Positions 36,253 to 51,996 of a stretch of 64,000 bases of DNA are shown here, one piece after another. The stretch is from contig NC_047029.1 in assembly GCF_902652985.1 (NCBI RefSeq), forward strand, positions 22,134,001 to 22,198,000. Direction: 5' to 3'. Within the stretch, counting starts at the first letter, position 1, and each line of letters starts with the position of its first letter. The DNA is from Pecten maximus. Lineage: Eukaryota. A program made the position numbers and the translations under genes. The notes beneath the pieces were generated by a model. The model was not told the DNA's origin. It did not search any database and was given only the letters and a program-made list of their open reading frames with translations.

Positions 36253-39200
36253 AAATGCAAAATGTCGAGTATTGGGTTTTTAACAAACGAAAAAGCCTGC
36301 TACTCCGCTCACTCGTTGACCAAAGTCTATAATTAGATTAATATCTAGAATTGCAATAATATACAGTTGTGCACAGAACCTATTTAACTCAAGGTCTCCG
36401 TTATATTTTCGGCATAGAGTTAGTGACCGATTTATCTTGAAGCTCTATTGAAAATTGGTTCTGGTGTTCTATAATTCCTACTTTATATAAAGATAAAATA
36501 AGGAATGAATTTACTTCGATCTTATTGCTCAGTCGATAATTCATGAAAATGACGAATAGATCATTCGACAGCATTATTTACAATCCATATAAAAATAAAA
36601 GTGAGAATTCAATATATTCATCTATTTTTAGCGACCGTAGACCTGTTTGAAGTTAAAACCTTTATGTCGTAAGAACATATTCCTTCTGTCATCTTTATTT
36701 CCAATGGTCATGTTAAATTAGTTTATTCTCACGTCAAAAGCGAAATATACCCAAAACTATCTTTCACAGATAAGTCTTATCAAGTGTTAACAGATTTCAC
36801 CGTATCTTCCATCAATCTTCATTCATTAAACGAATAGCAGAAGATAATACTTCTAGCGGGAAAATTAATATGGCAAGATGCCAATCGCAGTAGGTCCTCG
36901 CCCATTAGAGAGAAACGTAAAGTGGGGTTAGTTACACTCATGTATCAAACAAGGATAAGGGTTAATTACACTCATGTTTAACATCTACAACCAAAAGGGA
37001 AAGAAACTGTATACGTCACTCCTGGATATTATCCCGTCACAAACAAAATATTACGTGTTTTCTAATATATCATAAACATTCCCCAACAGCATTTTACGTC
37101 GTTAAAAGTTCCTTATGGGTAGGGCAAGCGACCGATTTTGTTTATCTGTTTTTGAAGGTCCTTCAAACAAGATATCATTTTATCTCACCTTTTCCGAAGG
37201 GCCGGTAAGCTTTTGCGTCCGTCATCCGTCAACATTTCATTTAAATTGCTATTAGTCCTGAACGCCTGAATGGATTGTGATGAAATTTGGTCTGGAGCAT
37301 TATTGGGCGCAGGAAATTCAAAGTTGTTTGGTTCCCCCGAGATTGGAGGTGCGGAGCCCAATAGCAATAGGGAAAATTAAGCATAGTCCTTTAATCGTAC
37401 TAGTCCTGTACGGCGACTGAACGGAGTTTGATGATTTTTTTGTGTGTGTAGCATTATTGAAAAGGCGGGGCCTAATAGGGCAAAATAAGGTAAATCCTTT
37501 AAATCGCTATTAGTCCTGAACGCCTGAATTGATTTTGTTGATATTTGCTCTAGATCAGTATTGGACAATATGTTATATATGAATATATTTCATATTCCTC
37601 AGGAATTCATAATACACGGGTATGTTATATATGAATATATTTCATATTCCTCAGGAATTCATATCTTAATATTTACGCTTTATGCATAGGTTTTATTTGT
37701 TTGATTTAGAGTTCACTTACACAGTTTTTTTAAAGAAAGAAATTATTTCATCCAATGAATGATAGCAAGTTTTCCAAACTTATTTGACCGTAAGCGTTTT
37801 GAAAAAGCGCCGTGTATTCCATGCGTCTTATGTTACATTTGAAGACATTCCAAGAGAGAAAAGTCAACCAGAACCAGTGCATTTGTGTTTATTTTAAGTG
37901 AAATTTCTCCAATATCGTCTCGGATGATTAAAACTAATATTAGTTTATCTATTGATAGGATATGGGAAGAGCCCCTTATATAAGTATTTTATGTTGACAT
38001 TTTTCTGTATTTTACACTTTTGACCATTAGAATCACGCATGCGTCGAAGATGACGAAAAGGTAATTTAGTGCGGTCACTCCAGTAGTCTGTTTTTCGTAT
38101 GTAACATCAGTAAGCTGTGTATTGCTTGTTTCCTGACAGATACTTGCTACATTTCAATCGACAAATACTGTTTACGTAAGCATTCATCTCCCTACTGGAA
38201 TAAACATAACTGATATTTATTTAGAAATCTTTCCACAAACTTTTCCAATACCACATCAAGTATCTTATGACCGAAAAAATCCACTCCACAAATATATCAG
38301 ACTTACATAGATAAACACGCTATATATCATAATTTACAACATTATGTCAAATCACAAGGAACGGAAATGACGTAGACCATTTATGTGTGTCTGTCTGATC
38401 AAGTACAAATCATTCTGCATTCCTCAGACAAACATACTGTGTTGTTATGACCGTGGGAGAACGATGAAAGTCTCACTAATCAGCGGTAGACCAAAGGTTC
38501 AATTGCCCCAGCGGGATAAGGTGGGTGGTTTATTTAGGTCATTGGAAAGCTTGATTGATGCCTGGAAGTTCAAGCATATGTGTCAATATGGTTCTTACGA
38601 CATCGGCGCACTTTTTAATGGCTTCTCTGTAACACAGTTTACTATAAACACATGTTTAAAATAGCGTGTTTAAGTTTCAAATAGACAATTTGAATGAAAA
38701 TGAAATAGCATGAATATCACATGTATCACACATACATAAGACTTGTTTTGAAATCTTTCATAGGAAATGTTATTGAAGAAAGAATATGACGTCATTTGTA
38801 ATGTAATCTCTAGTTCTTCTGATACCTTGATTATGGGCAATGGTTTTCTATTTCAACAAATACGTGACAATTCAAGAATATTTATATGCAAAAAGAGCTT
38901 GGATTGTAATGTCTTAAATTATCTCAGGGTTCTTAAATCAAGTTCGGGTTCCTTTTTCGAACGTGAATAACTCATCTATTCATTAGGTTTTAAATCACGT
39001 GATATGGGTATTTTTATCAGTAAAAGTCAGTATTTATTTTCAAATGCAACGCAATACTTCCTGTTATGGGATGCTTTTTTATGATTGTAAAAAAGTTCTT
39101 TCATGCCTTGTCATGTCTTCATTAGAAGAGAAGTTCTCTCAATATAAGAAGGCGACGACTAAAATTTGGTTCACTGAAGAAAAGGGGATTTTTCTAAGGA

Positions 39201-39409
39201 GACATTAAAGAGACCAATATAGATCGATCCCCATTGCAAAATTTTAGACCTTAAAGCTGTCCTTTCTTTCCTAACTACTCTGTCTTTCTGTGTCTCCTCG
39301 GCACCCATCCTTATATAACCCCGACTGTCAGTGTCTCTTGACCGCCGTCATATGACACTGGCTATTGCGAGGACGTATAGGAGAGCTTATCAGAACAGGC
39401 ACAATGGAA

Positions 39410-39610
39410 CTTGCAATGTCCTTCAAATAACATCGAAGTTTTATAATAGGGATGGCGATTTCGATTTTCAAACTGTTTATTTTTCATACCTAGATAGGAG
39501 CATCTCTGCTTCCCCTACATGCGGTGTAAATATGCCATAGTTGATTTGATATCAATGGATTTTATCCCATTGTCATGATATCCATGACAGATTTTGAATA
39601 CTGACGAGAT
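39410..39610 (+). mobile_element. Retroelement (Penelope-like) RT fragment, same family
   Basis: FYNRDGDFDFQTVYFSYLDRSISASPTCGV. Confidence 0.6.
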
Positions 39611-39704
39611 AACAGTTTATGAATACAATGCGAAAATTTCATGAATACGAGTATATGTGTAACCCTGGTAATACAAGCCGCAATATACCGCTCGCCTAGA
39701 GAGA

Positions 39705-39779
39705 TCTTCTCTTTAGCTCGATCGGTTGAGCGCAAGACTTGTAAGCAAGAGGTCCCGGGTTCGATCCCTAGCGGAGGCA
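39705..39779 (+). pseudogene. tRNA-like pseudogene or SINE head
   Basis: D arm gctc..gagc and T arm ggttcgatcc are present, but the anticodon and acceptor stems do not pair. Confidence 0.6.
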
Positions 39780-42700
39780 GTGATTTAAATTTAATTTATC
39801 ATGCGTTCTGCTACATAGGATTTAATCCAGATTTGAACAGTGGGTGTCGAGGATCAAGTAATAAAGATGCTTACCCTTTTTCCAAATTCATACCCTTTCC
39901 AACAGAATCCATAGCCTTTTGAATTCATTGGAATATTGCCTTTATGATTTTAGCGGAGAAATTCGTTACAAATAAGCCAGTCTAAGAAGATTGGTCGAAG
40001 AGACAACACACTGGCAGACGACGGAGGCTGCACTTTGGCGTAAGTTCATTAGCCCATTAGGCAGGTCAGCTAAGGTCGGGTTCTACCTGCAAGAGGATAG
40101 TTCCGATTTTGATATCAGGCCAAGGACTTTTGAAAATGGAGACAAGGCAAGGAGGGTTGGTGCATTGATACGCAGAAATAATATGTAGCGACATGAAACT
40201 TTAGAAAAATTTAGATAGAATTTCATATGAGGCCCCTTAGCGAAGTAAAATTGAAATAAAGAAAAAGGTATAAAAGTATATCTATAAAGCAGCCATGAAT
40301 TTTAAAAACTGCTATTTCAAATTAATATATTTTAATAACACTTGACAGATATATTTGTATCATCATCGTCACTTACATATTATGTTATTGATCTACGTTA
40401 AGTTTACTTAGTATATATTTAATTCATCAAAAAAGAGCAGTGGAACTTAACTACAATTTCTACATTCTTAGACAATGTCTCATGCATATTCATCTGAATG
40501 GTCTAATACACCTTCCGCAATTCGGTGCTTTGCTGAGTCAGATACCTTCCATAAAGTGCAATGAATATTCTTGTATTCTGCACGATCAACAGGGTATTTA
40601 GAGAGATCAAAAATCCATTTGAATTTTCAAATTTATATTTACATTTTTATAAAACGCTGAAGTATTTTGCACTTGACGAATTATAATTGAGCATGAAGTA
40701 TCTGTAAATGTGATCACGAGCATGTTTGTGGTAAAACAATTAGCAGGTTCCCTGCAATATAGGCTTATGACAAAGAGAGATATGTTTTCGCATGCATATA
40801 CTGGCTATCACGTGTAATGTATTTGCACCCGCGTCAACTTTAATCATTTTCTAACATGGAGCTTGTACTTCCGTTAGTAAGCCTGTACGAAGGTGTGTAT
40901 CTCAAAATGTCTGGCAGTAAGTCAGCATCTTTGTCAATCAGTGGAAAGCACTAAATATCTAAATATATGTACATGCACCATCGAGATGACGCAAAGATAC
41001 AGTCTCCTTAATTGCAAATCTTATTTGGTTCATCATTTAATACACAGTTAATGATAATTATTATGAGCAACAAGAAGAAAAGGTGTAACTGAGGTATCAA
41101 TTTCTCATGTATTTTTAAATACCAGCCCATTCTCGTTAACGTGTTAATATTCTTACTTTTATCGACATTCCGTTCTTCTTAATGATCTTGTTGCTAACTT
41201 AGAAATCAGGGAAAATAAATCAACACCAGCAAGAAAATATGGATGTGTAAACTAAATCGTAATTCAGACACATATCAGCAAAATGAAGACACAATATCAT
41301 CAAAAAATATGTTTCCCAGTAGTCCTGGAAAAAGTACAAGTGAAAGGAATAGTAAACTGCTTCATCGACGGCACCCTACAAGTAAATCTTGGTAAAATGT
41401 AGGAAATGTCACGTTCTCAGAATAAGAACTGGGGTAGTGACAATGGAACCACTAGTAATACACCATGAAAAGAGAAACGATTGATGTCGAATGTTTCCTA
41501 TTCCCATATGCTACTCATCAGTTCTTGGAATATATTCAGGTCAACAACAAATGAAAATATTGTAAACAAGACTAGAATCATCCTTGCCCTCTACCACAAC
41601 ATAGCTTTTCAATCATCTACCTTATTTACATTTAACTCGAAAACCACATCCCTTAACAAGGTCAAGTACTGAATGCCAGACGCCAAATTCAAACTCACAG
41701 TATTATTTTTCGACTACGCGTCAAATGTATTTGTAACAGCTTGTAATATTTTGTAAAATTTTGATATGAAGAAGATAAAAATATTATTATTTATATATAG
41801 CACAGTAAGAGACTTCATATTATTGTAGTCTTGCTGATAAGTATTATATGTTTATAACTACAGAATCGTAAATACAACTGACTGCATTCATAAATGTACC
41901 GACTGACCGCCTATCGTAGTAATTCATTCTGGCTATGACGTGCAAGCACAGCATGATGAATAGCAACACACTCTGCCTCCACTTACATCAAAAACATTCT
42001 TCTGCTTTTATTTCCTGGATCTATTTCACAAAACAACTACAGGTCCAATTTTCGAAAATAAAATCACGTTAAAAAGGCAATGCCTAGACGGTTTTAACAC
42101 CTAATGAAATTGCGTTTTCGCTAGATGTCATACTCGTTTGTCTGTTTGGTAACATAGGCAAACCAGGCCCTATGGCTGCTGAGAATATTAAACAGTTTAT
42201 ATGTATTCCAGATACCGCCACCTGCTGGAGACGTTAGAAGGTGGTCCGAGGGTGATGGAAATATGTGGTTGTCTAGACGGCAACAGATTATATAACCTAA
42301 CTAGATTTTCCCCGTCATACAAATGTTTTTTTATGTCGCAGTACTTTAGACACAGAAAATTAAACAGGTCGTGTGGTGTTTGTGAAAAACAAATCTTACT
42401 GTTTCCATCGTCACGAGACTTTTAGCATAATAAACATATATCTACGTTAACTAGGTACGGAATCATTTTCAATTTTAGGGTTCATCAATAGAGTCTAGAT
42501 TATAAAGCTATAGAGAAAAAAATCAGTACAAGGGTAGTATTATATTCTCTCCGATACATTTTGATGGTATGAATATTATGTTTAAGAATTTGGTACTACA
42601 CAGTATGAATCGAGTAAAATAAAACTTTCAGCAAATATGTATTTACAATACTGTCAGACAATACACCATGTCCATAGAATATAGAAATGTCCTGTTAGAT

Positions 42701-43156
42701 TTTAACGACCACCTCTAAAGAATGATTTGTGACGTTTTGGCTATATGTGCAATATTTGATAAACAAAACATAGACATTGTTGTTTTGACGCTTAAGGTCA
42801 TTGTTTATCTAATCAGGCGCTTAATGAGGTAACGACTATTATTTATTTATTTCATTTCACAACCAGGCGATAGTGGGAAGATGTCTTTTTCAATTAGCAG
42901 CTTGTTAAAATTCTTCTTAAAATTCTTCGTGCGCCGATAAAGGAATGGCAAGATGCGTTACCTTTTTTAATTGCATTGAATTGCAAAGACTCCCGGATAA
43001 CAAGGATCGTTTTGTTGACATTTGTAAAGGTGGGGATTGTCAGTACAAAATATTTCAGATCTATGTCAGTGGATATGAAACGCCAAAGACAGTGTAGACA
43101 GGATACATCACCATTCGAATGGTGCAATCATTTACATTATCAGTAGAAGGTATACA

Positions 43157-43539
43157 TTTCTTCTTCCTAATACCTCCCTTGACAATGCCTCACTTTGCTT
43201 TTCGGTTCAGCTTCGTATTTGCGAGGAAGGCTTTTGGCTCTGTCCCCGGCCGAGACATACCAGAGTCTTTAAAAATGGAAGTTGCTACTCCTGCTTAGCG
43301 CTAAGCATTTTTTGAGTGGCACCACTGGTTTGCCCGTTGTCAGTATAATGTGACCGAGTTGGGTGTCATGCTGGGTGTCTTCTGCAGTAGTTCCGGACTA
43401 CAAGGAGACTTAACAAGAATATACCCAAACTTTCCCAACACGCAAACGCAATCACTACTACACGCATGCATGTCGCACGGGAGGCCGTCCTTAAATGACG
43501 TTAGATCTTGATAGGACGTTAAATAAAAACAAACCAAAC
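43157..43539 (+). mobile_element. Truncated, internally deleted copy of the same SINE
   Basis: Reverse-complement match to head, core and tail of 18691-19215. Confidence 0.85.
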
Positions 43540-46500
43540 ATAATATGTATAATTAATGATATAATTTTGTTGAAAACTGAGGATTGATGTATTTCAGTTT
43601 TCAATACACCCTGTATGGAAATGTTTAATGAAAAAGAAAACTACATGTCCGTGTCTTTTATTTTTATTAAAAAAATAATGGTAGCCTTCGCTTCGACATC
43701 GCCAGAGACCCACGGTTGATTGCACTACGCTACACTACAAGTCATACAGGTCTCTTGAGTCCGAAACAAGTATTACACAGTAAGGTAATGTGTTCGAGAT
43801 GTTGGAGAATAGCCCAAATTGGCATAACATCTAATTTGTGCGTGAATAAACTCATTAGAGTATCGTCAGGGGGTGTCAGTTGTTTTTGAATGACACATTT
43901 GCACCACCTGAATGTTGTCTCCCAGCTTTATCTGTAACATTGTTAATAAGTCTCCGCAAGCCTTTAGTTATTGACAAAATACTATGTAACGGGGACATTG
44001 TTCTTTTTGCAGTCTAATCGTATTAAAAGGAAGAAAATGTCAGATAATGATACGATACTTTTAAATTTGTCTACAAATAGCTTTATGTTTTCCCTGTTGT
44101 TTCTCATGATACATTTCTTGTTCATTTCTTTCCGTGCTGATTCATTAGCTGTGGTGGTTTTCAGTAAAACTGAACAATCAATGAAAGTGAACGGATCTCC
44201 CCGAGTTAACAATACTAAAAACAAAAGGGATCGTCACCTTTCTTGTCCTCCCCCTGTAATGATTTAAAAAAAGAGGTAATAATTGCGGTTAGCTACTAAC
44301 ATTACCCAACACGAAAAGAATATCAGTACATGTTCCTGTCTTTATAACTGGGTACGCATGACCACGATCCCGATGTATTGTAAGTACAGATAGAATTTAT
44401 ACTGCATTATGAAACTGATAAGCATGAACAACTACACTTTTTGTATAAGCAAGAATTTTTTTTCAATTTTCATGTAAAATTGTTGCTATTCTGTAAGGGA
44501 TTTCCCCGAAATAATCAGGAAAAACACTACAATACATTACAACATCAAATTAAATCAGATCTGCTTATGTCTTTTTTCACAATTATATCTCGAATAAAAC
44601 TATGAGTTTAAAGTTGTCAATATACTAGCAAACATATCTCGCTATTTTTACGGGATAAGATTGATCCAGTGATGGAAGAACTCTCATGACTGATACCTGA
44701 GGATAAACGATCAAAACTGAAACACCTTCGCTTCCGTGTTTCTGAGTTCACATACAGAAATGTTTGGTAACACAGGTAACCACCTGTTTTATTTGACAGG
44801 TAAACGTCACTCCCGCAAAAAGGGCGTCTATGACATTCTCCTGAAACGGTTTTAAACCATCTATGTTAACTTTCTGTTACACGTTTACGGAAATATTCGC
44901 CGCTGTTGTTGTTTGTATATGCAGTATCTATAAAGCGTATGTCATCTTCAATCTCATTGGCTAAAATTCCGATAGGAACATTTGACGGAGCCAAACAGAT
45001 GACATCTATCGAAACGAGGATTATTGGCAGACCTGACACATGGATGATAAGTGTAGCGCAGCGTATTTTAATCAACCATGGGTCCCCAATGATGTCGCTC
45101 CGGTTGATACCTGGAGTTATCGGCCCAGGGGTATCCTCTCCTTGTTGCATTTTAATGATTAGCCCTCCTCATCGGTTTACGGTTTCATTCCTCGTCCAGC
45201 GCCAATGTCAACTGAGCGATGTTGATTGGAGAGTTTGGCCTACGTCTTATCCTGCTGTCTAACTCGTCCCATAAATGTTCTATCGGGGAGAGGTATAGGA
45301 TCATCCCGAAATTTGACGAGTGTACTGAACGTACATGGACGAAACTGCCTCTCTTTTTCCTTTCAGTATGATATTATGGTATAGACGAGAAGAATTATAA
45401 AAAGACATACATGTATTTATATTTAATCAGGACACAATATTCACTGTTTCAATATGACCAATGCAGGATTAGGCTGTCATCCTTCGTTTTGAATCTGAAT
45501 GCCATGTAGTTTTAGGATTTACCTTTCATATGAACTATAAAGTCACTGCATCTGGATATCATCGTGGAGAGATGACGTCAGTTGAATCATTAGGCTGACT
45601 CGTCTAATCCCTGATCCGTACTCATTAACCTTATTAAGCGTGATCCAACTAATTATAATGCATTTAATAATTACTCCGAAGAAAATATCAGAGGGAACTA
45701 GCAGCATACCTTCCTACTATAATTAGCCGTTACACGGACTTTCGCTCCGGATATTTTTTTTCATACACGACTCCGTTCATGACATGTAACGTCTAATTAA
45801 CATTACTACGTATAGGATCTTAAAGGGGTTTATTGGATGTTATGAAAGTCTTGTAAGTTGTTATTCTGGCGAACAAAAATAAAAACTTCGAAACAAATTT
45901 CACATTATTTATTATTTATCGTATAACTCAAAAGCTGACATTTTGACAAGTTCTAAAGCTAAAGTGTTGATTGCAATTTCTATCGGAGGCAGCCATTTTG
46001 TTGTCCCGTGTACAATTCGTGACGTCATTCGGGCTATAATATGACTTCTGACTGACGCAACCGATGGAAGTCGCTCAATGGTACATTACACGGGGACGTA
46101 GGCGCAAACATATTACACAGACGAATTGATTGGATAACAGACCAATTATGTGATAAAGGGTTAAATTCTGGACGTCATTTTGTGTGAACACCGAAATCTT
46201 AATCGGAAAAAAATCTTTGCTGTGACAAGCTAATAACATAACTATACCTGAAAATATTTGGTCATTTTTAACGGGGTTTAACATCCACGGCAGAGCAGGT
46301 GTCGTTTCAGTACACGCGTGAAAGGACACCACGAGAGGAAAACAGAACACCGAAAGAAAGGGTAGACGGAAATAATAATATCCTAGCTAAGTGTTGTAAT
46401 GGGGGTAGCAAATGGTATTTTAGCCTCTATAATGTCCTGTAGATTTTACAGAGGCCCGCATTTTGTCGCCCTGAACGATTAATATGCAGCTGCATAACAG

Positions 46501-49329
46501 TAGGCTTTATTCTTGGGTCACTCCACTATCTCCTAAACCGAACACAATTGAGAAACCACCCCTCGACCTGCTGGGATGGGAGCACAATAGCACGCCTCTT
46601 AAGACATGCATAGAGATATGTTGGACATATTCTTTCCCCGCTCCTTCACGGGGTTTTGGTACCGACTAGGAGAAATCCGTAGAGGAAGACATGAACAACT
46701 TATTTATAGGCGATACACTTAATACTCAAATTCACGTGGATAAAAATAGAATTTCTTTTATTTAAAATCGATGGAAAAATTTACACGGCGACCGTAAATG
46801 AAAAATAAATATGGTAAAAATGATCATTTGTTCAGGAAGGCGGTCGAATTTTCGTCACTGGTGACAACCCTCATGTAAATATTGGTAAAATACAAATAAT
46901 GTCACGTTCTCCAAGAGAAGAATATATTCCAGAATGAATCCTGATGTTCAAGTACATTGTAAATAAGGAATGTATATTGATTGATACATGATAATAAATC
47001 ACTTACGTTTTTATTTGTTACCTTTATGGAAATGGAAGATGGAATGTTTGAACGAAATGAAAAAATACTGGGTTACATCTTAATAAATAATATATATTAC
47101 CGGAATCATTTTGTTTCGTTTACAATTTCTGTAGTATTTTATCGCGGTGTTACACATATTGGTAGAAGAATCGCCTCCTATAATTTTGTTTTCCTCATCT
47201 ATTGCTAATGTTGGGTTTCTTGAGTACGAAACTTGCATGTATCTAGTGATATTCTGCAAGTATTTGTTTTTATCATATCTATAATTTTACAGATGCACGG
47301 CATGAGAGAACACGCCCATGGTTGTTAAGACCTGTGATCCTGTTGAGAATCACACGATACAGAGGCGGTATCACACCATATAAATCATGGCTTTCCATTG
47401 GGCCTAATTTTAAGCCTATCCCGCCCAATATATATCAGAAACCCAGCTTCGTTTTTAATGTACGTAATTATCAGCGGAAATTCTAATAAATCTATGAATA
47501 GATAGTTTATTCAATCGAATTAATCTCGCCCTGTCTAGAAAAAATGTTTCGGGAGATACCTTTAAATTATCGCCTTATTTGAGGTTCAGGGTCAAAGACC
47601 CAGAATTAAGACAACAGGCGATGTTAGTCCACAGAGGTACGTCGCATGTCTGGCTGGGTCGCGTGGCAGGCTCGTGCGAGTGCGTGCAATCTCATACACT
47701 CTAGTTTACGTACTCCTCTTCTGGATGCCTGCCAGGTAGTGTAAGACCTTCGTTGGCGGTAGACAGTGCAATCTGGATGTTTAGACTGATTGATGGGTCG
47801 GATAGGCGAGAATGGGGGGTAAATACACACTAAATGAGATGGATATTTTTCTTGTTATGACTACAAATGATTCACAGCTTCTCGTTACAAGAAGTAAAAT
47901 GATTTTTCATACTTGATAGCCGAGAAACGCTGTCACTCCGTACCACAGTTCTTTAATACAAACCTTACACGAACAAATATCGTAGCCTGTGCTGCAGCCA
48001 TTCATAGTCCAAAGAGGTCAGCTTAGGTCTCCTCCATCGAGGTGAAATAAAATTTGACCACGCGTTCGTAGTATTGCTGTAGAGGGCCTATGAGTATTTT
48101 TCAGGTCTGTGATAAGATCTTGTATGTCAAGTTCCAATTACGCTTTGCTGTCCAGTGTGTGATTACCACATATCCAACAGTGGTGTACGTAGCATGGTGT
48201 TAGCAATAACCACAAGGTCACCATAGTGCAAGATGAAAACACTACTTCATTAGTACATTTGTATTATATTGGGCGACATCTCAATAATGTTTTGATATTG
48301 AAGACTGTCACACTAACTTTCTTCTGTATTCTACCCGTCGATTACTAGTTATTTTTAGCAATTTTATACTAGTATTAACTCTTTATTTTTTCCAATGATA
48401 ATTTTCTTTACATAGTTGAACTAATACTTTCCTATTTTTTCACAATTTTGTAACGCAAAAATAGATAGATAAAATAAAGTAAGAGGACTTTAAACTGAAA
48501 GTAGAGTGCTTTAAACTGAAAAAGAATTGATTACAATAAAGGACAAAATAGCCTTAAATAACAAGCTTGTTGTAAGTTATAAATATAACAACTACACAAA
48601 CTAGCTGAGATATGGATGAAAGTAAAATCAGTGGTATTTATGTTGTGTTCCAAATAATATTTACTTACTAACTATTATTAAATACACACCTACATGTGTT
48701 TGTTTTTCTTACATGTAAGATACTCACTAACGTTAAAAAAATAGCCACTAGGAGGTTTTTAAGAGTAAAGTTGGACTCCAAAGTCGTATCTCAGAGTACA
48801 ACTTTTTAATTAAGATAGCAATTGTTTTGGTAGATTTCACTACTTGCCTTTTTCGGAGAAAATGATTCTTTTCTTCTATGATTATAAGGTATGAACCGTA
48901 CATTAGAGCGCGCCAGTTACAAAGTATTGTACACAAGACACGAGTAATTTCCAAATAAACTGGGAGCTAGATACAGTCGAGATTAAATGAATTGAAATGG
49001 ACCATACACTGTTTAGACCTCCTTCTCATAATCAGTGTTGTTAGTGATCATAGGATGCGACAAGAAAAGAAAATAGAAGAAGAGGAAGAAGAAACAAATA
49101 AATCTGGATGAGTAGGTGCATAAGATTCATAATTTCAATAAATAATAAATTTTCAATATTGGATTTCCAAAGCACGTTAAGAACATGTGTACGATCTGAA
49201 CTGTGCGACAATTCCTAAGTAGTGTTCCAAACATAATAGTATTGTTTTCCAGTTAGACGAGGTCTATGAAAGGCGTCCCAATATATTGCTTTCTTCGTGT
49301 ACAGCCTACCTTAAATGAAAAAAATACCC

Positions 49330-49830
49330 TTTACATACTAAAGAGATCATACAGTTGTTTCGTCTTCAAAATACTTTTTAACTACTATAGATGTCATACA
49401 GTTGTTTCGCCCTTCAAATACTTTGATGTACTTTAGAGATAAAACTGTTATTTCGTCCTCCAAATACTTTTTACTTACTATAAAGATCATACAGTTATTT
49501 CGCCCTCCAAATAATGCTTACTTGTTAAAGAGATCATATAGTTGTTTCAACTTCCAAATAATCTTGCTCGCTATAGAGACCTACAGTTGTTTCACCCTCC
49601 AAATAATCTTTGCTTGCTATATTGACCAACAGTTATTTCACCCTCCAAATGCTCCTTGTTTATTGTAGAGACCTACAGTTGTTTCACCCTCAAAATACTC
49701 TTTGTTTCTTTGCTTATTGTAGAGACTTACATTTGTTTAACCCTCCAAATGCTCTTTGCCTACTATAGATATCTACGGTTGTTTCGACCACCAAATACTG
49801 TTTACTTCTTTTATACAGTACCGTTTTCTA
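49330..49830. repeat. Degenerate ~50-bp tandem array
   Basis: Recurrent acagttgtttcrccctccaaata...ctatagaga. Confidence 0.75.
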
Positions 49831-51460
49831 TCGCTGTTCCTAGAGGGGATCGCTCTGGTGAAGGAAGCTAACCATTTCTTAGATATAAACAGGACCAAAC
49901 AAAATCACAGGGGAAAAAATGCTGTTCGCGCTGTCTCAGTAATCAATGGTCATACAGTTAATGATGTTCAACGTCTTCAACCCGCGTCACCTTTCATGGC
50001 TAGCCTGGAACGTCCTAAAGGTGGTGATTTATTACAGACGAGGAGGATTTTGTACTTTATGTCTAATATTAAGAAAGATGACTGGAACAATTATAACACT
50101 GTGTCATTGATTTTATTTATTTATTTTATTGATTTATTTATTCAGTGTAAATAATCAACTGTGAACAAAAGATGCTGTGACATTCCGTGAAACTGGCGTT
50201 AAGATTTTTAAGAACCATTTGAAGGGTAAATAACGATAAACTAAATTCGTGGTAGCGGCGCAGCCAAGATCCAAGACGCTGTCTAGAAATTAACAGCTCG
50301 CTTGTCATCTGGTGTTAGTAAGTTGTTGTACCGAGACCCAGACAACATTAGTTATACAACTCACATAAATATTACTCAAATATTGCGTCGTTGAAGATAT
50401 TACAGAAGTTACGGCGAACTTCCGTGATTATTTACAGCAGATAAGTTTTCGTTTATTGACGCAAACGGCAATAAGAAGAGCATTCTGTGATGCAGAGCGC
50501 TTGACAAGACGGTCGGTGGTAACATTGTTTTGGACAGGTGAGCAGATTCTAATCATTTAACGAGGGAGTAAGAAGGCGATTGTGTCTAATTAGGACATAA
50601 TAGCAGAGTAATATATCTTGATCTGACTTACCGCCACCGCCAACGACGTAAATGGTGATAATTAGCTCTCTGGCGATGGATCAACTGACAAACTCAACGA
50701 GAGTACTTATACCTTCTTACCAGCCGCGGTGGAAGATCAAAGATATTCAGCCCACCCATCCCAGTTTCGCTGTCAGAATATATTAAAGATACTCCTACAA
50801 AAAGTAATTATGATCGATTGAAAACAATAATAGGTTGTTGTGGTGTATATTTATATACAACACTAAAATTTTACATAGTTTAAGCTATTGTCACCTTCCA
50901 TTTGTTTGAGCTTCTCTATTTACCCTTCAAATTTAAATTCAACTAATAATAATTAGTTGCACCCCGACAAATTCTGTCATGTAAATAATTGGTTTTAATT
51001 CACATGCACATCTTAAAGAAGGTACATGTCGGTTGCTTTATCGCTCGATATTTAATTTTCAGAAATGTTCACGAAAATTTCCAAATTCACGGTATTGGCA
51101 ATATGATAAAGGTAGCTGCTAGGTCCTGTGCTGCTATTGTGAGTGACGTCATATCGCATGCTAAGCTGTATTAATCCTCCGCGAGTAAGGCCTTTTTAAC
51201 ATATGCAATGTTTAGATTTTGTCAAATGTAAGCAAATCTTGGAAAAAATAGATGTATTACTAATACATTAGAACAAAGAATTACCTCAGATATATATTAC
51301 GTAGACTATTATATGCTTTTTTTTTATATCACTGTTATTATTATTGTATTGCTCCATGTTTAAATTAAGCATAATTTCTTATATGTAATACTGCTTATGA
51401 GATAATATAATGACACAAAAAGGACATGTATGTATGTATAAATATAGGTCTATATAACAT

Positions 51461-51996
51461 TTGGTTGGGTTTGGTTTGTTTTATTTGTCTAACGTCCTAT
51501 CAACAGCTGAGGTCATTTAAGGACGCCCTCCCGTGCGTGCAAATTGCATGCCTGTGGTGAGTGCGTATGTGTGTTTTGGGAGGCTGCAGTATGTGCGTGT
51601 TAAGTCTCCTTGTGATCGTTCGGAACTTTTGTCGATTTATAGTGCTATCTCACTGAAGCATACTACCGACGAAACCCAGCAGGACACCCCACCAGGTCAC
51701 ATTATACTGGCAACGGACAAACCATGCAGTCGTTCCACTCCAAATATGCTGAGCGCTAAGCAGGAGTAGCAACTACCATTTTTAAAGACTCTGGTATGTC
51801 TCGGCTAGGGCGACAGAACCCAAAGCCTTCCTCACAGGGGCGAACGCTCAACTTAGGCCAAAAGTGAGGTATTGTAAAGCGGGACATTAGGAAGAAGAAA
51901 GTTGTTCAGAAAGAAGAGAAAAGATTAGATCCCAAATTTAGTCGCCTCTTACGATCATGCAATGGGGGCAGCAGGTACAAATGTTACGCCCTACGC
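51461..51996 (-). mobile_element. Second near-full copy of the same SINE
   Basis: Collinear with 18691-19215; TSD atataacat at 51452-51460 and 51997-52005. Confidence 0.9.

Noticed and set aside
39705-39779. Functional tRNA gene
   Set aside because: Anticodon and acceptor stems do not pair; treated as a pseudogene or SINE head.
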